Shown here: piece by piece, positions 43,603 through 54,677 of the stretch | How the letters are laid out: every line of letters begins with the position of its first letter | Numbering within the stretch: position 1 is the stretch's first letter | Assembly: GCA_002841865.1 (NCBI GenBank) | Contig: PHBD01000013.1 | Coordinates: 6,524-70,523 of the forward strand | Reading direction: 5' to 3' | Length of the DNA stretch: 64,000 bases | From: Deltaproteobacteria bacterium HGW-Deltaproteobacteria-19 | Lineage (GTDB): Bacteria > Desulfobacterota > Syntrophia > Syntrophales > PHBD01 | The notes under the pieces: model-generated | Seen by the model: the letters and a program-made list of their open reading frames with translations, nothing else | What the model was told of the DNA's origin: nothing | The model's database searches: none | Made by a program: the position numbers and the translations under genes

Positions 43603-43850
43603 TGGCAGTTCCGGGGCATGCCTCGGGCTCCGGGGGCATGCCCCGAAGCCCGATTGCGGGCTGATGGACGCCCTGTGTTCTTTTCGACACACCCTCGAAG
43701 GATGCCCGATCGGGCAGGCCGAAGATTCTTCCCGTTAAACGTTCAATATGAGGGATCATTCCAAGGCCCAGCCTTTTTTTTGCCTTGCCTGGGAAGCATG
43801 GTGTGGATCTTGCTCTTTACCAGTCCATCACTTTTTTCATCGCAGGTCCT

Positions 43851-44783
43851 ATGCATTTACAGAGAACGCTCAAGAAAGAAATCTATTGTCGCAGCACAGG
43901 GTTGCACTCGGGACGGAAAGTCTCCATGACGATTCGGCCCGCCGGGGTGGACGAAGGGATTGTGTTCATCCGCAAGGACATCCCCTCGGGATATCGGATT
44001 CAGGCGGACTATAACAACGTCGCCGATACGACCCTCGCCACCACCCTTGGAACCAACGGCGCCAGCGTTTCCACGGTGGAGCACCTCCTGTCGGCCTTCT
44101 GGGGCATGGGAATCGACAACGCCGTCGTGGAAGTGGATGCCCCGGAAGTTCCCATCATGGACGGCAGCGCCCGGCCCTTCGTAGAGATGCTCAAGGGTGT
44201 GGGAACCAAGACCCAGGGCAAGTACAAGAAAGTGCTGGTTGTTCGCCGGGAGATCTCGGTCTCGGACGGAGTGGGGACGGCGATGTTCCTGCCGGCGACG
44301 GAGTTCAAAATCACCTACAAGATCGATTTCAAGCACCCCATTATCGGCCAGCAATCCTATTCCATGACCTTCACCGATGAGCGTTACGAACGGGAGATCT
44401 GCCCCGCCCGCACGTTCGGCTTCCTGCGGGACGTCGAGTACCTGCAAGCCCGGGGGCTCGCTTTGGGCGGCTCCCTGGGGAACGCCATCGTCCTGGATGA
44501 CGAGCGGGTCCTGAACAAGGAAGGCCTCCGGTTTCCGGACGAGTTCGTGAAACACAAGATCCTGGACGCCGTCGGCGACCTTGCCCTTCTGGGAATGCCC
44601 ATCATCGGCCACTTCGTGGCCTACAAGTCGGGGCACAAACTGAACAACCTCCTCCTGAAGGAACTGATGTCCCGGGAGGAAAACAGGGAGATCATCGACC
44701 GCCCCGCCGGAGAAGCCACCCCGGAGCGGTTCCGGTCGCTGCGCATTCCGGCCTTCCGGATCCTCGATGCCGGCCGGGCCTGA
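43851..44783 (+). CDS. lpxC: UDP-3-O-acyl-N-acetylglucosamine deacetylase
   Basis: ATG at 43851. RTLKKEI..TGLHSGRKV.., STVEHLLSA, PIMDGSA, HKILDAVGDLAL. Confidence 0.9.
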   Translation: MHLQRTLKKEIYCRSTGLHSGRKVSMTIRPAGVDEGIVFIRKDIPSGYRIQADYNNVADTTLATTLGTNGASVSTVEHLLSAFWGMGIDNAVVEVDAPEVPIMDGSARPFVEMLKGVGTKTQGKYKKVLVVRREISVSDGVGTAMFLPATEFKITYKIDFKHPIIGQQSYSMTFTDERYEREICPARTFGFLRDVEYLQARGLALGGSLGNAIVLDDERVLNKEGLRFPDEFVKHKILDAVGDLALLGMPIIGHFVAYKSGHKLNNLLLKELMSREENREIIDRPAGEATPERFRSLRIPAFRILDAGRA

Positions 44784-44964
44784 TCACGCTTGGAAAATAT
44801 CAATCTTCCCGCCTTGTTGTAGCTTCCACGGTCCACATCTGGAGCTTGCAATTTCCGTGACAGTTCCTTAAGATGCTCCCTTGCCTTCCCGGTGGATGGA
44901 GTTCGGGACGTCCCGAGAGCCTGTGCCGTCCGGGGAGGATCGCTTTTGTAAGGGAAAGGCATCC

Positions 44965-45534
44965 ATGAAAAAAATCAGCTTGTCGGCATCGGTCGCCCTG
45001 ATCCTGCTGACCGCCGTTATCGCAGCGGCAGCTGCAACGGTGAATCCGCTCATCCGGGACATTCTTGTCACCACGAAGGGAGAACAGCTTCTCCTTTACG
45101 GCAAGGTGTCCGACGGTTTCACCCCGGACATGAACGCGGCGGTTATGGCCGGTTTCCCCGTCCAGTTCACCTTTTACGCCGGTATCTACCAGGAGCGTTC
45201 CTTCTGGTTCGACCGCCAGCTTTCGGAAATCAAGATAACCCGGACGCTCAAGTTCGACAACCTGAAGAAGACCTTCCAGGTTTCCTCCGACAGCGGACCT
45301 GATCCTGCGGTGTTTCAGACCCTCAGTGAGGCAAAGGTCGCCATGTCGGACCTGAACGGGTTCCCGGTTGCTTCGGTGAAGGCGCTTTCAAAGGACACGG
45401 AATACTACCTGAAAGTGATGGCCAAGCTGGATCGGGTGCAGTTGCCCCTCCGGCTGGAATATGTCTTTTTGTTCGTCTCCCTGTGGGATCTTGAGACGCC
45501 GTGGCATACATACAGGTTCATCTATCGCGAATGA
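44965..45534 (+). CDS. DUF4390-domain protein
   Basis: ATG at 44965. Signal/anchor sequence. It sits in the position typical for the DUF4390 partner, directly upstream of an NtrY-like kinase, with an ATGA overlap. Confidence 0.6.
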   Translation: MKKISLSASVALILLTAVIAAAAATVNPLIRDILVTTKGEQLLLYGKVSDGFTPDMNAAVMAGFPVQFTFYAGIYQERSFWFDRQLSEIKITRTLKFDNLKKTFQVSSDSGPDPAVFQTLSEAKVAMSDLNGFPVASVKALSKDTEYYLKVMAKLDRVQLPLRLEYVFLFVSLWDLETPWHTYRFIYRE

Positions 45535-47801
45535 AACCGAAACGGAAGAACCCGGCAATCGACGAGAAGGAAGCCCGCAAAAGGCGGAGAGAGCGCCTCA
45601 TCATCCTCCTGACGGTGGGCCTGATCCTCCTGCTGGCCTACGTGGAAAGCAAAATCTCCTGGCGGGGCCAAGTTCTGCCCATCTCGGACAACGTCCTGAT
45701 CTTCGGCTTCATCAACATCAACATCATCCTGATTATTCTGCTCATTTTCCTGATTGTCCGCAACGTGGTGAAGCTCGTGTTCGAGCGCAGGCGCGGCGTC
45801 ATCGGTTCGAAATGGCGGTCCAAGCTGGTGGCGGCCTTTGTGAGCCTGTCCCTGATTCCCACGGCTCTCCTGTTTTTCGTGTCCATTAACTTTCTCTCCT
45901 ACAGCATCGAGAACTGGTTCAATGTGCGCCTCGGGGACGCCCTGAACACGACCCTGGAGGTTGCCCAGTATTATTACCAGCAGGGGACCGAATACGCCCG
46001 GTACCATGCCCGCGCCATCAGCGGGGAGATCACGGACAATCGTCTCTACGAGTCGGACAAGCATCCTTACCTGAAGGCTCTCATGGAGCGGCGCCAGACC
46101 AGCCTGAACCTCGGTGTCCTGGAAGTGCATTTCGACAGCCAGCGGGAGGGGATGATCGTTCGCAGCACATCCGTGGAAACGATTCCTCCGTCCGTTTTGA
46201 CGGCCTCACAACTCGAGAAGGTGTACGGGGGACAGGAAGTGGCGGAAATCGAGTCCACGACCGCCGCCGGGGAGATCATCCGGGGAATCGCGCCGGTTTA
46301 CACATCGCTGGTTCCCAGGGAGGTGATCGGGTACGTAACGGTCAGTTACGTCATGCCCAAGACCATGGTGGACAAAATGGCGGTCATCTCCGCTGCCTCG
46401 GAACAGTACCGCCAGCTGAAAATCCTGAAGAATCCGGTCAAGTTTACCTATGTGGTCACCCTGTCTGTGGTGACGCTGCTGATCCTTTTTTTCGCCACCT
46501 GGTTCGGCCTTTTTCTGGCAAAAGGCATAAACGAACCTCTTGAAGACCTGGCGGAAGCGACCCGGAAAATCGCCGCCGGTGACCTGGATCACCAGATCAA
46601 CCTCACCGGGGATGACGAGATCGGGGTCCTCGGACAGTCTTTCAACGCCATGACCCGGGAACTCAAGAAGTCGAACCAGCGCCTGGAAGAGGCGAACGAA
46701 GACCTGGAAGAGCGCCGGAAATACATGGAAACGGTCCTGGGAAACGTCTCGGCGGGCGTCATCGCTGTCGACCGGGACGGCATTGTAACCGCTGTCAACC
46801 GGGCGGCGGAGCGGATGCTCCACATCCAGACGGGACAGATCATCTGGAAATCGTACCTGGAGATCCTGACGGCAGAGCAACTGGTACTGGCCCGGGAACT
46901 GCTGCAGGAAATGAGAGAGAGCCCGGAGGGATCCCTCCAGAAACAGATGGAGATCGTCGTGGATGGCCGGGCCATCACGATCCTCATGACCGCCACGGAC
47001 ATCCGGGACGATGAGGGGCGAGACATGGGGGTCGTGGTGGTATTCGAGGACCTGACGGAGATGCAGAAGGCTGAACGGGCCGCGGCCTGGCGGGAGGTGG
47101 CGCGGCGCATGGCCCACGAGATCAAAAACCCCTTGACGCCGATTCAGCTTTCTGCCCAGAGACTTCAGCGGAAATACGGGGACCGCCTCGGGGAGGACGT
47201 TAAAGTCTTCCAGGAATGTACGAATACCATCATCGACCAGGTGGACGTCCTGAAGAACCTGGTGAACGCATTTTCCCAATATGCACGGATGCCCGTGACG
47301 AACCCGTCGCCCAACGACCTCAATGCGGTCATCGCCGACCCGGTGGTCCTGTTCCAGGACGCCCACAAGGACCTCAGGTTCGACCTCGATCTCGATCCGG
47401 AGATTCCCCGGCTCCTTATCGACGCCGAGCAGATCAAACGGGTCATGGTCAACCTCCTGGACAACGCCGTAGCGGCGGTCCAGAACACCACCGGGTGCAT
47501 TGCCGTCCGGTCTGCCTATGACCGTCAGAACTCCCGGGTGACAGTGGCCGTGGCGGACAATGGCTGCGGGGTGCCGCCGCGCTACAAGATGAAAATCTTT
47601 GAACCCTATTTCTCGACGAAAGTAACCGGGACCGGCCTCGGCCTCGCCATCGTCAGTTCCATCATCTCCGACCACAAGGGTGAGGTGCAGGTGGCGGACA
47701 ACGCACCCTGCGGAACCATCGTGTCTTTCAGGCTTCCCGTGACGGAAGGGGACGGGAGCGCGGCAATGAAGCAACCTTCCCTGGAATCGGAACATGCATA
47801 A
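45531..47801 (+). CDS. NtrY-like sensor histidine kinase (TM, HAMP, PAS, HisKA, HATPase)
   Basis: H-box HEIKNPLTPI, N-box NLLDNA, G-box GTGLGLAIV. Confidence 0.8.
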   Translation: MKPKRKNPAIDEKEARKRRRERLIILLTVGLILLLAYVESKISWRGQVLPISDNVLIFGFININIILIILLIFLIVRNVVKLVFERRRGVIGSKWRSKLVAAFVSLSLIPTALLFFVSINFLSYSIENWFNVRLGDALNTTLEVAQYYYQQGTEYARYHARAISGEITDNRLYESDKHPYLKALMERRQTSLNLGVLEVHFDSQREGMIVRSTSVETIPPSVLTASQLEKVYGGQEVAEIESTTAAGEIIRGIAPVYTSLVPREVIGYVTVSYVMPKTMVDKMAVISAASEQYRQLKILKNPVKFTYVVTLSVVTLLILFFATWFGLFLAKGINEPLEDLAEATRKIAAGDLDHQINLTGDDEIGVLGQSFNAMTRELKKSNQRLEEANEDLEERRKYMETVLGNVSAGVIAVDRDGIVTAVNRAAERMLHIQTGQIIWKSYLEILTAEQLVLARELLQEMRESPEGSLQKQMEIVVDGRAITILMTATDIRDDEGRDMGVVVVFEDLTEMQKAERAAAWREVARRMAHEIKNPLTPIQLSAQRLQRKYGDRLGEDVKVFQECTNTIIDQVDVLKNLVNAFSQYARMPVTNPSPNDLNAVIADPVVLFQDAHKDLRFDLDLDPEIPRLLIDAEQIKRVMVNLLDNAVAAVQNTTGCIAVRSAYDRQNSRVTVAVADNGCGVPPRYKMKIFEPYFSTKVTGTGLGLAIVSSIISDHKGEVQVADNAPCGTIVSFRLPVTEGDGSAAMKQPSLESEHA

Positions 47802-49185
47802 GAATATCCTGATCGTCGATGACGAGAAGAGCATCTGCCAGTCCCTCGAGGGAATTCTTTCCGACGAGGGTTACGAAGTCCAGACGGCGGCCAGTGCCGA
47901 AGACGCCCTCCGCATGATGGAGGAGGAGCCCCCGCACCTGGTGCTTCTGGACATCTGGCTCCCCGGGATGGATGGCATCGAGGCCCTCAAGATCATCAAG
48001 ACAGAATATCCCCAGACCCGGGTGGTCATGATGTCCGGACACGGAACCATCGAGACGGCCGTCAAGGCAACCAAACTGGGCGCCTTCGATTTTATCGAGA
48101 AGCCCCTCTCGCTGGAGAAGATCATTCTGGTGATCAACCATGCGATGGACATGATGCGCCTGGAGGATGAAAACGTCCTCCTGAAGCAGAAGCTCACCCA
48201 GAACTACGAACTGACGGGCAAGAGCGCCGCCATCTCGGAGCTGAAGGAGAGCATCGCCATCGTGGCCCCGACCAACGCCTGGATTCTCATCATGGGGGAA
48301 AATGGAACCGGCAAGGAGCTGGTGGCCCGTTCCATTCACCGCAAGAGCCGTCGGAACCAGAAGCCCTTCGTGGAGGTGAACTGTGCGGCCATTCCCGAGG
48401 AACTCATCGAGAGCGAGCTTTTCGGCCATGAAAAGGGCGCTTTCACGGGAGCAACCTCGAAGAAGCGGGGCAAGTTCGACCTGGCCAACGAGGGAACCAT
48501 TTTTCTCGACGAAGTGGCCGATATGAGCCAGAAGGCCCAGGCGAAAATTCTCCGGATTCTCCAGGAGAAGACCTTTGAACGGGTGGGGGGCAATCGGCTT
48601 ATTTCGACGGACGTCCGGGTCCTGGCAGCCACCAACAAGGATCTGGAACGGGAAATGGAGGAAGGGCGATTCCGCCAGGATCTCTACTACCGGTTGAACG
48701 TCATTCCCCTGAATGTGCCGCACCTGCGGGATCGACGGGAGGACATCCCGCTCTTGGTAACCCGTTTCATCCGCGATTTTTCGCTGAAGGAAGGGGAGGT
48801 GGAAAAGACCATGAGCGACGAGGCCCTGGAGACGCTCATGCGGCACGACTGGCCCGGGAATGTCCGGGAGCTGAAGAACATCGTCGAGCGCCTCGTCATC
48901 ATGGCGCCCGGCAGAGTCATCGGCGTGGCGGATATTCCGCCGCTCCAGAAAACGGAGAACGGCCATCGGCCGGAGGCCCCTGCCTCCCCCTCCGAGTTGG
49001 ACTCCCTCCGGGAGGCCCGGCAGGACTTCGAGAAGCAGTTCATCATGAAGAAGCTGAAGGAGTTCGAAGGGAACATATCCAAGACGGCGGAGGCCATCGG
49101 GCTGGAGCGGAGCAACCTCCACCGGAAGATCAAGTCCTTCGGGTTGGAAGCCAAACCCGACGACCGGGACTCCCAGCCTTCCTGA
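47794..49185 (+). CDS. sigma54-dependent response regulator (NtrX/NtrC family)
   Basis: Receiver domain (ILIVDDE..LLDIWLPGMDG). AAA+ domain (GENGTGKE, ESELFGHEKGAFTGA). Fis-type HTH at the C-terminus. Confidence 0.85.
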   Translation: MHKNILIVDDEKSICQSLEGILSDEGYEVQTAASAEDALRMMEEEPPHLVLLDIWLPGMDGIEALKIIKTEYPQTRVVMMSGHGTIETAVKATKLGAFDFIEKPLSLEKIILVINHAMDMMRLEDENVLLKQKLTQNYELTGKSAAISELKESIAIVAPTNAWILIMGENGTGKELVARSIHRKSRRNQKPFVEVNCAAIPEELIESELFGHEKGAFTGATSKKRGKFDLANEGTIFLDEVADMSQKAQAKILRILQEKTFERVGGNRLISTDVRVLAATNKDLEREMEEGRFRQDLYYRLNVIPLNVPHLRDRREDIPLLVTRFIRDFSLKEGEVEKTMSDEALETLMRHDWPGNVRELKNIVERLVIMAPGRVIGVADIPPLQKTENGHRPEAPASPSELDSLREARQDFEKQFIMKKLKEFEGNISKTAEAIGLERSNLHRKIKSFGLEAKPDDRDSQPS

Positions 49186-50178
49186 TCAGGGCTTTCCCCC
49201 TCCGTTCATCTGCTGTTGCAGGTCCGCCAGTGAGAATTTCATGAAGGGCAGGAACGGAAGCCCCATAATCACGATAAACAGCACGGAAATGAAGTGATAG
49301 ACCACGGCGAAGGGCAACGCCTCTGCCTTGGGAATGCCGAACAGCCCGAGGCCCAGGATGCAGGCGTAGTGCCAGTTCCCGATGAATCCGGGGGCCGTGG
49401 GGATGGCGATCCCGATCAGGAGGACGACCATCACGATCAGGGCCGCCGGCACGGACAGGGGCAGCGCGAAGGCGGCGAACATGGCGTAGATGATCGCCAC
49501 GTCCACGACCCAGATCAGGAGTGACAAGGCAAACACCTGGAAAAGAAGGCGGATGTTCCGGATGATCTGAAAACCATCGATGAAATGATGGAGCATCCCC
49601 CGGATCGGGTTGGCAACTCGGTCCGGGAACCGGCGGATGATGAACTCCGCCGCCTGAATCGAGTTTTCCCGCCGGAATGATAGAAAAATCATCAGGAAGA
49701 TCAACCCCAGCATGACTGTTCCGAACAGGATGCCCGAGCGGACAAGCCAAGGGGGAAAGGGCGTCCACTGCAGGGCGACCATTGCCATGAGGAGCACGGT
49801 CGCGCCGTCCATGACCCGTTCCACCAGGATCGTGCCGAGGGCGGCGGTCATCCGGATCTTGCTGTTTCGGGCGATGAGATAGGGCCGGACGAGTTCTCCC
49901 AGGCGGGCCGGCAGAGCCGTGATGGCCAGGAATCCTACGTTGGACACTTCAAAAACGGTCCACGGGCGGACCGTTTCCAGGGGCTTCAGGATCAATCCCC
50001 AGCGCCAGGAGCGGAGGACCTGCATGACGAGCATGCCCGCAAACGCCGGGGCGATAAAACCATAGCGGATCGACCGGAATCCTTCAGCGACGTCCCCGAA
50101 ACGGATGCCCCGCACGGAAAGCCAGACCAGAACCGCACTCAACAGGATTCCAAGGATCAGTTTCTTTTTCATGGGCAT
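49186..50178 (-). CDS. UPF0104 / lysylphosphatidylglycerol-synthase-TM-region family membrane protein
   Basis: Multi-pass membrane protein. RSWRWGLILKP...LPARLGELVRPYL. The start is either 50178 or 50172. Confidence 0.7.
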   Translation of the reverse strand: MPMKKKLILGILLSAVLVWLSVRGIRFGDVAEGFRSIRYGFIAPAFAGMLVMQVLRSWRWGLILKPLETVRPWTVFEVSNVGFLAITALPARLGELVRPYLIARNSKIRMTAALGTILVERVMDGATVLLMAMVALQWTPFPPWLVRSGILFGTVMLGLIFLMIFLSFRRENSIQAAEFIIRRFPDRVANPIRGMLHHFIDGFQIIRNIRLLFQVFALSLLIWVVDVAIIYAMFAAFALPLSVPAALIVMVVLLIGIAIPTAPGFIGNWHYACILGLGLFGIPKAEALPFAVVYHFISVLFIVIMGLPFLPFMKFSLADLQQQMNGGGKP

Positions 50179-50397
50179 TCCCGGCCGGCGCACAGCGCTC
50201 GATCCGTCGTTCCCCTCGCAGGGGCCGGGATCCCTCATCCGTTTGGGAAATTCCCCCGGATCCGGTCGTGGGTGCAGCTGCGGGGAGACCGTGCTTTAGA
50301 ACGGTCCCGACCGGACGGAGGCATTTATTATGCCTTATCCTCGTCTGCCGGACGGAAGGTCGCCTCCTGCCCGCAGCGGTCGGCTTTGCTTGTTTCC

Positions 50398-50892
50398 TTA
50401 CCGATTCATGGGTGCGGGACTGCTTCCTGCCGGTGCGGCACCGCCCGCCGACGCGGGACTGGTTCCCAGCCCTTCCTGCCCGCTCCTTACGAGGTTGTCC
50501 CGAATCCTGTCCTGGACGAGCTGCGAGGAGACCTTGTTGCCGAACAGCCCCACCCGGACCGAGACGGTCGTGACGGTCTTGTCCTTGTACTTGAGTCCGA
50601 TGGTCACGTCTTCCCCGTCGATGGCGGCCTTGATCGTTCCCTCGCCGATCCTGCGGTCCGGCACCACGTCCCGGCCCTTCATGTCCGCCACGGTCTTCTC
50701 ACAGGCTTTCCATGTCTTGTCCATCGGGTAGTAGTAATCGGTCTTCATCTCTCCGTTGATGTAGGCATAGGTCCCGCCTCCAGCTCCCGCCGCGGCGACC
50801 CCCCCAACGATCAGGGCCGTCTCCACACCGCATCCGGCAAGCATCAGAACCCCGAACATGACCGCCAGCGCTTTTCTCAACTTGTCCGTCAT
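50398..50892 (-). CDS. DUF3568-family lipoprotein
   Basis: ATG at 50892 follows AAGGAGG. Lipobox MLAGC. GGGTYAYINGEMK..DKTWKA. Confidence 0.6.
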   Translation of the reverse strand: MTDKLRKALAVMFGVLMLAGCGVETALIVGGVAAAGAGGGTYAYINGEMKTDYYYPMDKTWKACEKTVADMKGRDVVPDRRIGEGTIKAAIDGEDVTIGLKYKDKTVTTVSVRVGLFGNKVSSQLVQDRIRDNLVRSGQEGLGTSPASAGGAAPAGSSPAPMNR

Positions 50893-51034
50893 AGAACCTC
50901 CTTTTGCGTCCTGGAGTTGGTGGCCGCCGGTGCGGTATCGAGGGGTGAACCGCCGGCACCGGGGGTGTGGGTCTCTTAGCACATTTTCACGGCGCCGTCA
51001 CGAACGAGCGCACCGGGAAGGAAGGGAGAATCCG

Positions 51035-52087
51035 TCATTCTCTCCCGAGGCGTTCAAATTCCCGGAGGAGTTCTTCCTGCTTCCTGTTCAGCGACGTCGG
51101 GATGGCAACCACGGTTTCAATGATCTGATCGCCCCGTCCATGTCCCCGCAGGCGGGAGATTCCCTTTCCCTTCAGGCGGAAGGTCTTGCCGCCCTGGGTC
51201 CCTCGCGGGATCTTCAGCTTTTCCGTTCCTTCCAGCGTGGGCACTTCAACGTTCGCTCCGAGGGTGGCCTGAACAAAGGAGATGGGGATGCGGCAGTAGA
51301 TGTCGTCGCCGTTGCGCTCGAAGAACTCATGCTGCTCCACGTGGATGAAGATGTAGAGATCACCGCTGGGACCGCCGTACCCTCCCTGTTCGCCTTCTCC
51401 CCTCAGGCGCAGGCGGGATCCCGTCTCCACACCGGCGGGGATCCTCAAGTTCACGGTCTTCTGCACGCGTTCCCGACCGGATCCCCGGCAGGCTTTGCAG
51501 GGGCTCGTGATGACCGCTCCCTGTCCCCGGCAGGAGGGGCAGGTTGAGCTGATGCTGAAAAAACCGCTCGTTTGGGTGACTTGGCCGCGGCCGCGGCAGC
51601 GGCTGCAGATTTCCGGAGCCGTTCCGGGAGCCGATCCGGATCCTTCACACTCCCGGCACTGTTCATATTTCTCGATGTCGATGTCTCTGGAGATGCCCGT
51701 AACGGCCTCCATGAATGAGAGGGAAAGGTCGTAACGGAGGTCCGCTCCGGCCCTGGCCGCCGTGCGGGAGCGGCCGCCGCGAAAGCCGAAGATGTCCTCG
51801 AAGACGCTGCCGAAGCTGGAAAAAATGTCCTCGAACCCGGAAAATCCGCGGAATCCGCTGCTGGTAAGCCCTTCGTGGCCGTAACGGTCATAAATCTCGC
51901 GTTTCTGGGGATCGCTCAGGACCTCGTAGGCCTCCGCAGCTTCCTTGAACTTCTCCTCCGCCTCCCCGTCCCCGGGATTCCTGTCCGGGTGGTACTGCAT
52001 CGCCAGCCGGCGGTAACTCTTCTTCAGTTCATCCTCGCTGGCCGCCCGCTGGACCTCGAGGGTTTCATAGTAACAGCGCTTGCTCAT
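51035..52087 (-). CDS. dnaJ: molecular chaperone DnaJ
   Basis: J domain YYETLEV...[10 protein letters not shown] region. Four CxxCxGxG zinc motifs. Confidence 0.85.
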   Translation of the reverse strand: MSKRCYYETLEVQRAASEDELKKSYRRLAMQYHPDRNPGDGEAEEKFKEAAEAYEVLSDPQKREIYDRYGHEGLTSSGFRGFSGFEDIFSSFGSVFEDIFGFRGGRSRTAARAGADLRYDLSLSFMEAVTGISRDIDIEKYEQCRECEGSGSAPGTAPEICSRCRGRGQVTQTSGFFSISSTCPSCRGQGAVITSPCKACRGSGRERVQKTVNLRIPAGVETGSRLRLRGEGEQGGYGGPSGDLYIFIHVEQHEFFERNGDDIYCRIPISFVQATLGANVEVPTLEGTEKLKIPRGTQGGKTFRLKGKGISRLRGHGRGDQIIETVVAIPTSLNRKQEELLREFERLGRE

Positions 52088-52485
52088 GGAACACCCCCGT
52101 CGTCCGCTGTCGCCTTCCCGGCCTCATGAACCTGCCGGAGACCTTCGGTGTTGCCGCTCTTCTCGAAGGCGTGGCGGGCAAACATGAGGCGGCCCCTCCG
52201 GAGGGCCTGTTCGCCGAGCCGGTTCCACTCCTCTCTTGTCGCTTCCCGGTTCAGGGCCTTGAGGACCTGGAGGAAGAACTGGACGTCTCCCTCTTCTTCG
52301 GCGAGGGCCAGGATGGTACGGAGCTTATCCGTGTCATTTCCCAGGCCGAAGCACTCGATGGCGTCGGCGATCCGGCCGGCAGCCAGGTATCGGTCTCCCA
52401 GGGCGGACAGCGCGGCGGGAGCCGTCTTGACGAGATAGAGAACTCGCTGTTTTTCTTTGTAATCGGGAAGTTCTTGATGTTTCAT
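52084..52485 (-). CDS. hypothetical helical protein
   Basis: 133-aa ORF with an ATGA overlap to dnaJ. No motif recognised. Confidence 0.45.
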   Translation of the reverse strand: MKHQELPDYKEKQRVLYLVKTAPAALSALGDRYLAAGRIADAIECFGLGNDTDKLRTILALAEEEGDVQFFLQVLKALNREATREEWNRLGEQALRRGRLMFARHAFEKSGNTEGLRQVHEAGKATADDGGVP

Positions 52486-52599
52486 GAGGAATTACGGGAC
52501 CACCCCTGTCCGGCCGGTATGCGTCGCGACGATACCGGATCCGCTTATTCAACAACCAAAGCTAATCATGGGGCATGGGTCTGTCAAGGCGGGCGCCTG

Positions 52600-53487
52600 T
52601 TATCCTGTCAGCCGCTGGAGGGCTTCCTCATACCGGCTCAGGGTCTTCCGGACGATTTCGTCGGGCAGGGGCGGTGGCGGCGGCTTCTGGTTCCAGTTCA
52701 GTGAAAGGAGATAATCCCGGAGGAACTGCTTGTCGAAGCTCCTCTGGGAACGTCCCTCCTCGTAGGAATCGGCCGGCCAGAAACGCGAAGAATCGGGCGT
52801 CAGCAGTTCGTCGATGAGGATCAACTCGCCGTTCAGGAGACCGAATTCCATCTTCGTGTCGGCGATGATGATTCCCGCCTTGAGGGCCCGGTCGGCGGCC
52901 CGCCGGTAGACGGCAACGCTCAGCTTGATAACCCGTTCCGTAAGGTCCGTCCCGATTGTCTCCTCCATTTCCTTTCGCGTCATGGGCAAGTCGTGCTGGC
53001 CGATCTCCGCCTTGGTGGTCGGTGTGAACAGGGGCTCCGGCAGGCGGGACGACTCCTTCAGCCCGTCCGGCAGGGGAATGCCGCAGATGGAGCGGCTCTT
53101 CCGGTATTCCTGCCAGCCGGAGCCGCTCAGATAGCCGCGGACGATGCATTCCACGGGCAGGGGCCGGGCCTTTTCCACCATCATCGAACGCCCGTCCAGA
53201 ATCTCCAGGTACGGGGCGCAGGATGCCGGGAAGTCCGCCGGATTCGTGGACAGCAGGTGGTGCCGCACGAGGTCCGTCATGTTCCCGAACCAGAACGAGG
53301 ACATGCGTGTCAGGATCTTGCCCTTGCCGGGGATGGGATCGGACATCACCACGTCGAAGGCGGAGATCCGGTCCGTCGTCACGATGAGAAGCCGGTCCCC
53401 CAGGTCGTAGACGTCGCGGACCTTCCCGCGGCCCGCCAGCTGCAGGCCGCTCAGGCTCGTTTCCATCAGGCCTTTCGATTCCTTCAT
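52600..53487 (-). CDS. purC: phosphoribosylaminoimidazole-succinocarboxamide synthase
   Basis: GKVRDVYD.., LLIVTTDRISAFD, IIADTKMEFG. Confidence 0.9.
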   Translation of the reverse strand: MKESKGLMETSLSGLQLAGRGKVRDVYDLGDRLLIVTTDRISAFDVVMSDPIPGKGKILTRMSSFWFGNMTDLVRHHLLSTNPADFPASCAPYLEILDGRSMMVEKARPLPVECIVRGYLSGSGWQEYRKSRSICGIPLPDGLKESSRLPEPLFTPTTKAEIGQHDLPMTRKEMEETIGTDLTERVIKLSVAVYRRAADRALKAGIIIADTKMEFGLLNGELILIDELLTPDSSRFWPADSYEEGRSQRSFDKQFLRDYLLSLNWNQKPPPPPLPDEIVRKTLSRYEEALQRLTG

Positions 53488-53540
53488 TGTATCTTGCGCC
53501 TCCGCTTGTATGGTTTTTTCAGTGCCCGGCGGGCATCCGG

Positions 53541-54170
53541 TTATCGCAGGAACGGATTGAATTTCTTTTCGTGACCGATTGTCGAGGTCGGCCGGCGGCC
53601 GTAGTTGTGGCCCGGCAGGACCACGGTGTCTTCGGGGAGCGTGAGCAACCGCTCCCGAATGGAACGACTCATGACCTGCCAGGAGCCGCCGGGAAGGTCT
53701 GTCCGTCCCACCGCCTCGACGAACAGAGTATCTCCCGTGAAGACGCAGCCTTCCGTGTAGAGAGCCATCCCTCCGGGAGTGTGGCCGGGGGTATGGAGGA
53801 CCTTCAGGGACACGCCGCCGACGCTGATCATATCGCCGTCCCGGACGGTGAGGTCGGCCGCAGGCGATTTCTGGGCCCGGAACATGGCAAGCATCATGGC
53901 CGGCGTGGACGTCAGCATGTCCGCATCGGCCTCATGGATGATAATTTGGGCGCCGGTCTTCTTCTTCATCTCCTGGTTGCCCGAGATGTGATCCACGTGG
54001 CCGTGGGTGTTCACGATATACTTGATGGTGAGGCCAGCCCGGTTGACTTCCTCGAGAATGCCGGCGATGTTTGCCGCCGGGTCGATGACCAGCGCTTCCC
54101 CCGTCTCGGGGTCGCCGACGATGTAGGCGAAAACGGCCATCATCCCCACCTGCATCTGTTTCAGAAACAT
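53541..54170 (-). CDS. MBL-fold metallo-hydrolase (glyoxalase II-like)
   Basis: NTHGHVDHISG; HTPGHTPG. Confidence 0.8.
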   Translation of the reverse strand: MFLKQMQVGMMAVFAYIVGDPETGEALVIDPAANIAGILEEVNRAGLTIKYIVNTHGHVDHISGNQEMKKKTGAQIIIHEADADMLTSTPAMMLAMFRAQKSPAADLTVRDGDMISVGGVSLKVLHTPGHTPGGMALYTEGCVFTGDTLFVEAVGRTDLPGGSWQVMSRSIRERLLTLPEDTVVLPGHNYGRRPTSTIGHEKKFNPFLR

Positions 54171-54339
54171 GATCTTCCCCTTACGCGGACAATTCGGGGC
54201 AGGCCTATCACTTTTCCTTTTTGCCCGTCAATGGAATTCAGCCGGCAGCCGGCGGGCGGTTTTTTTTGACACGCCCGGCGCCGATGCCGTATGGTGCGGC
54301 TGTTTCATCATCACCAGTGGACCGGAGAGGCGAACACCC

Positions 54340-54636
54340 ATGATCCGGGAGGAATCGACCCGCCACGACTGCGTCGGCTGCGGATATTGCTGCATCCGCC
54401 ACGCCTGTACCTACGGCCTGTACCGCCACCCGGGAAAGCCCGACCGCCGCTGCCCAGAGCTGCAGTGGAACGGGACGCGCTACATCTGCCGCCTCATGGT
54501 GGAACCCGGGGGGATGTCCTACTTCATTCGTGACCAGCTGCAGGCGGGATTGGGATGCCGGTCCTACTGCAATCCATGGCGCGCCGAAGTGCGCGAGCGG
54601 ACGGCAGAAGAAGAGAAGGCCCTGTTCGACCGCTGA
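54340..54636 (+). CDS. YkgJ-like cysteine-cluster protein
   Basis: ATG at 54340 follows GGAGAGG. CVGCGYCC (CxxCxxCC) plus further Cys residues. Confidence 0.5.
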   Translation: MIREESTRHDCVGCGYCCIRHACTYGLYRHPGKPDRRCPELQWNGTRYICRLMVEPGGMSYFIRDQLQAGLGCRSYCNPWRAEVRERTAEEEKALFDR

Positions 54637-54677
54637 GCGTTCAGCGGCGGGAAACCATTTCTCCTCGGGGGAATGAG

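Noticed and set aside
46206-49122. 542-aa and 464-aa minus-strand ORFs opposite the NtrY/NtrX-like genes.
   Set aside because: Shadow ORFs. The plus-strand products carry complete kinase and sigma54-regulator motifs.
54637-54677. An etfA partner downstream of etfB.
   Set aside because: The next coding sequence is a convergent small Cys-cluster gene, followed by an MBL hydrolase. No EtfA-like translation appears in any frame nearby.
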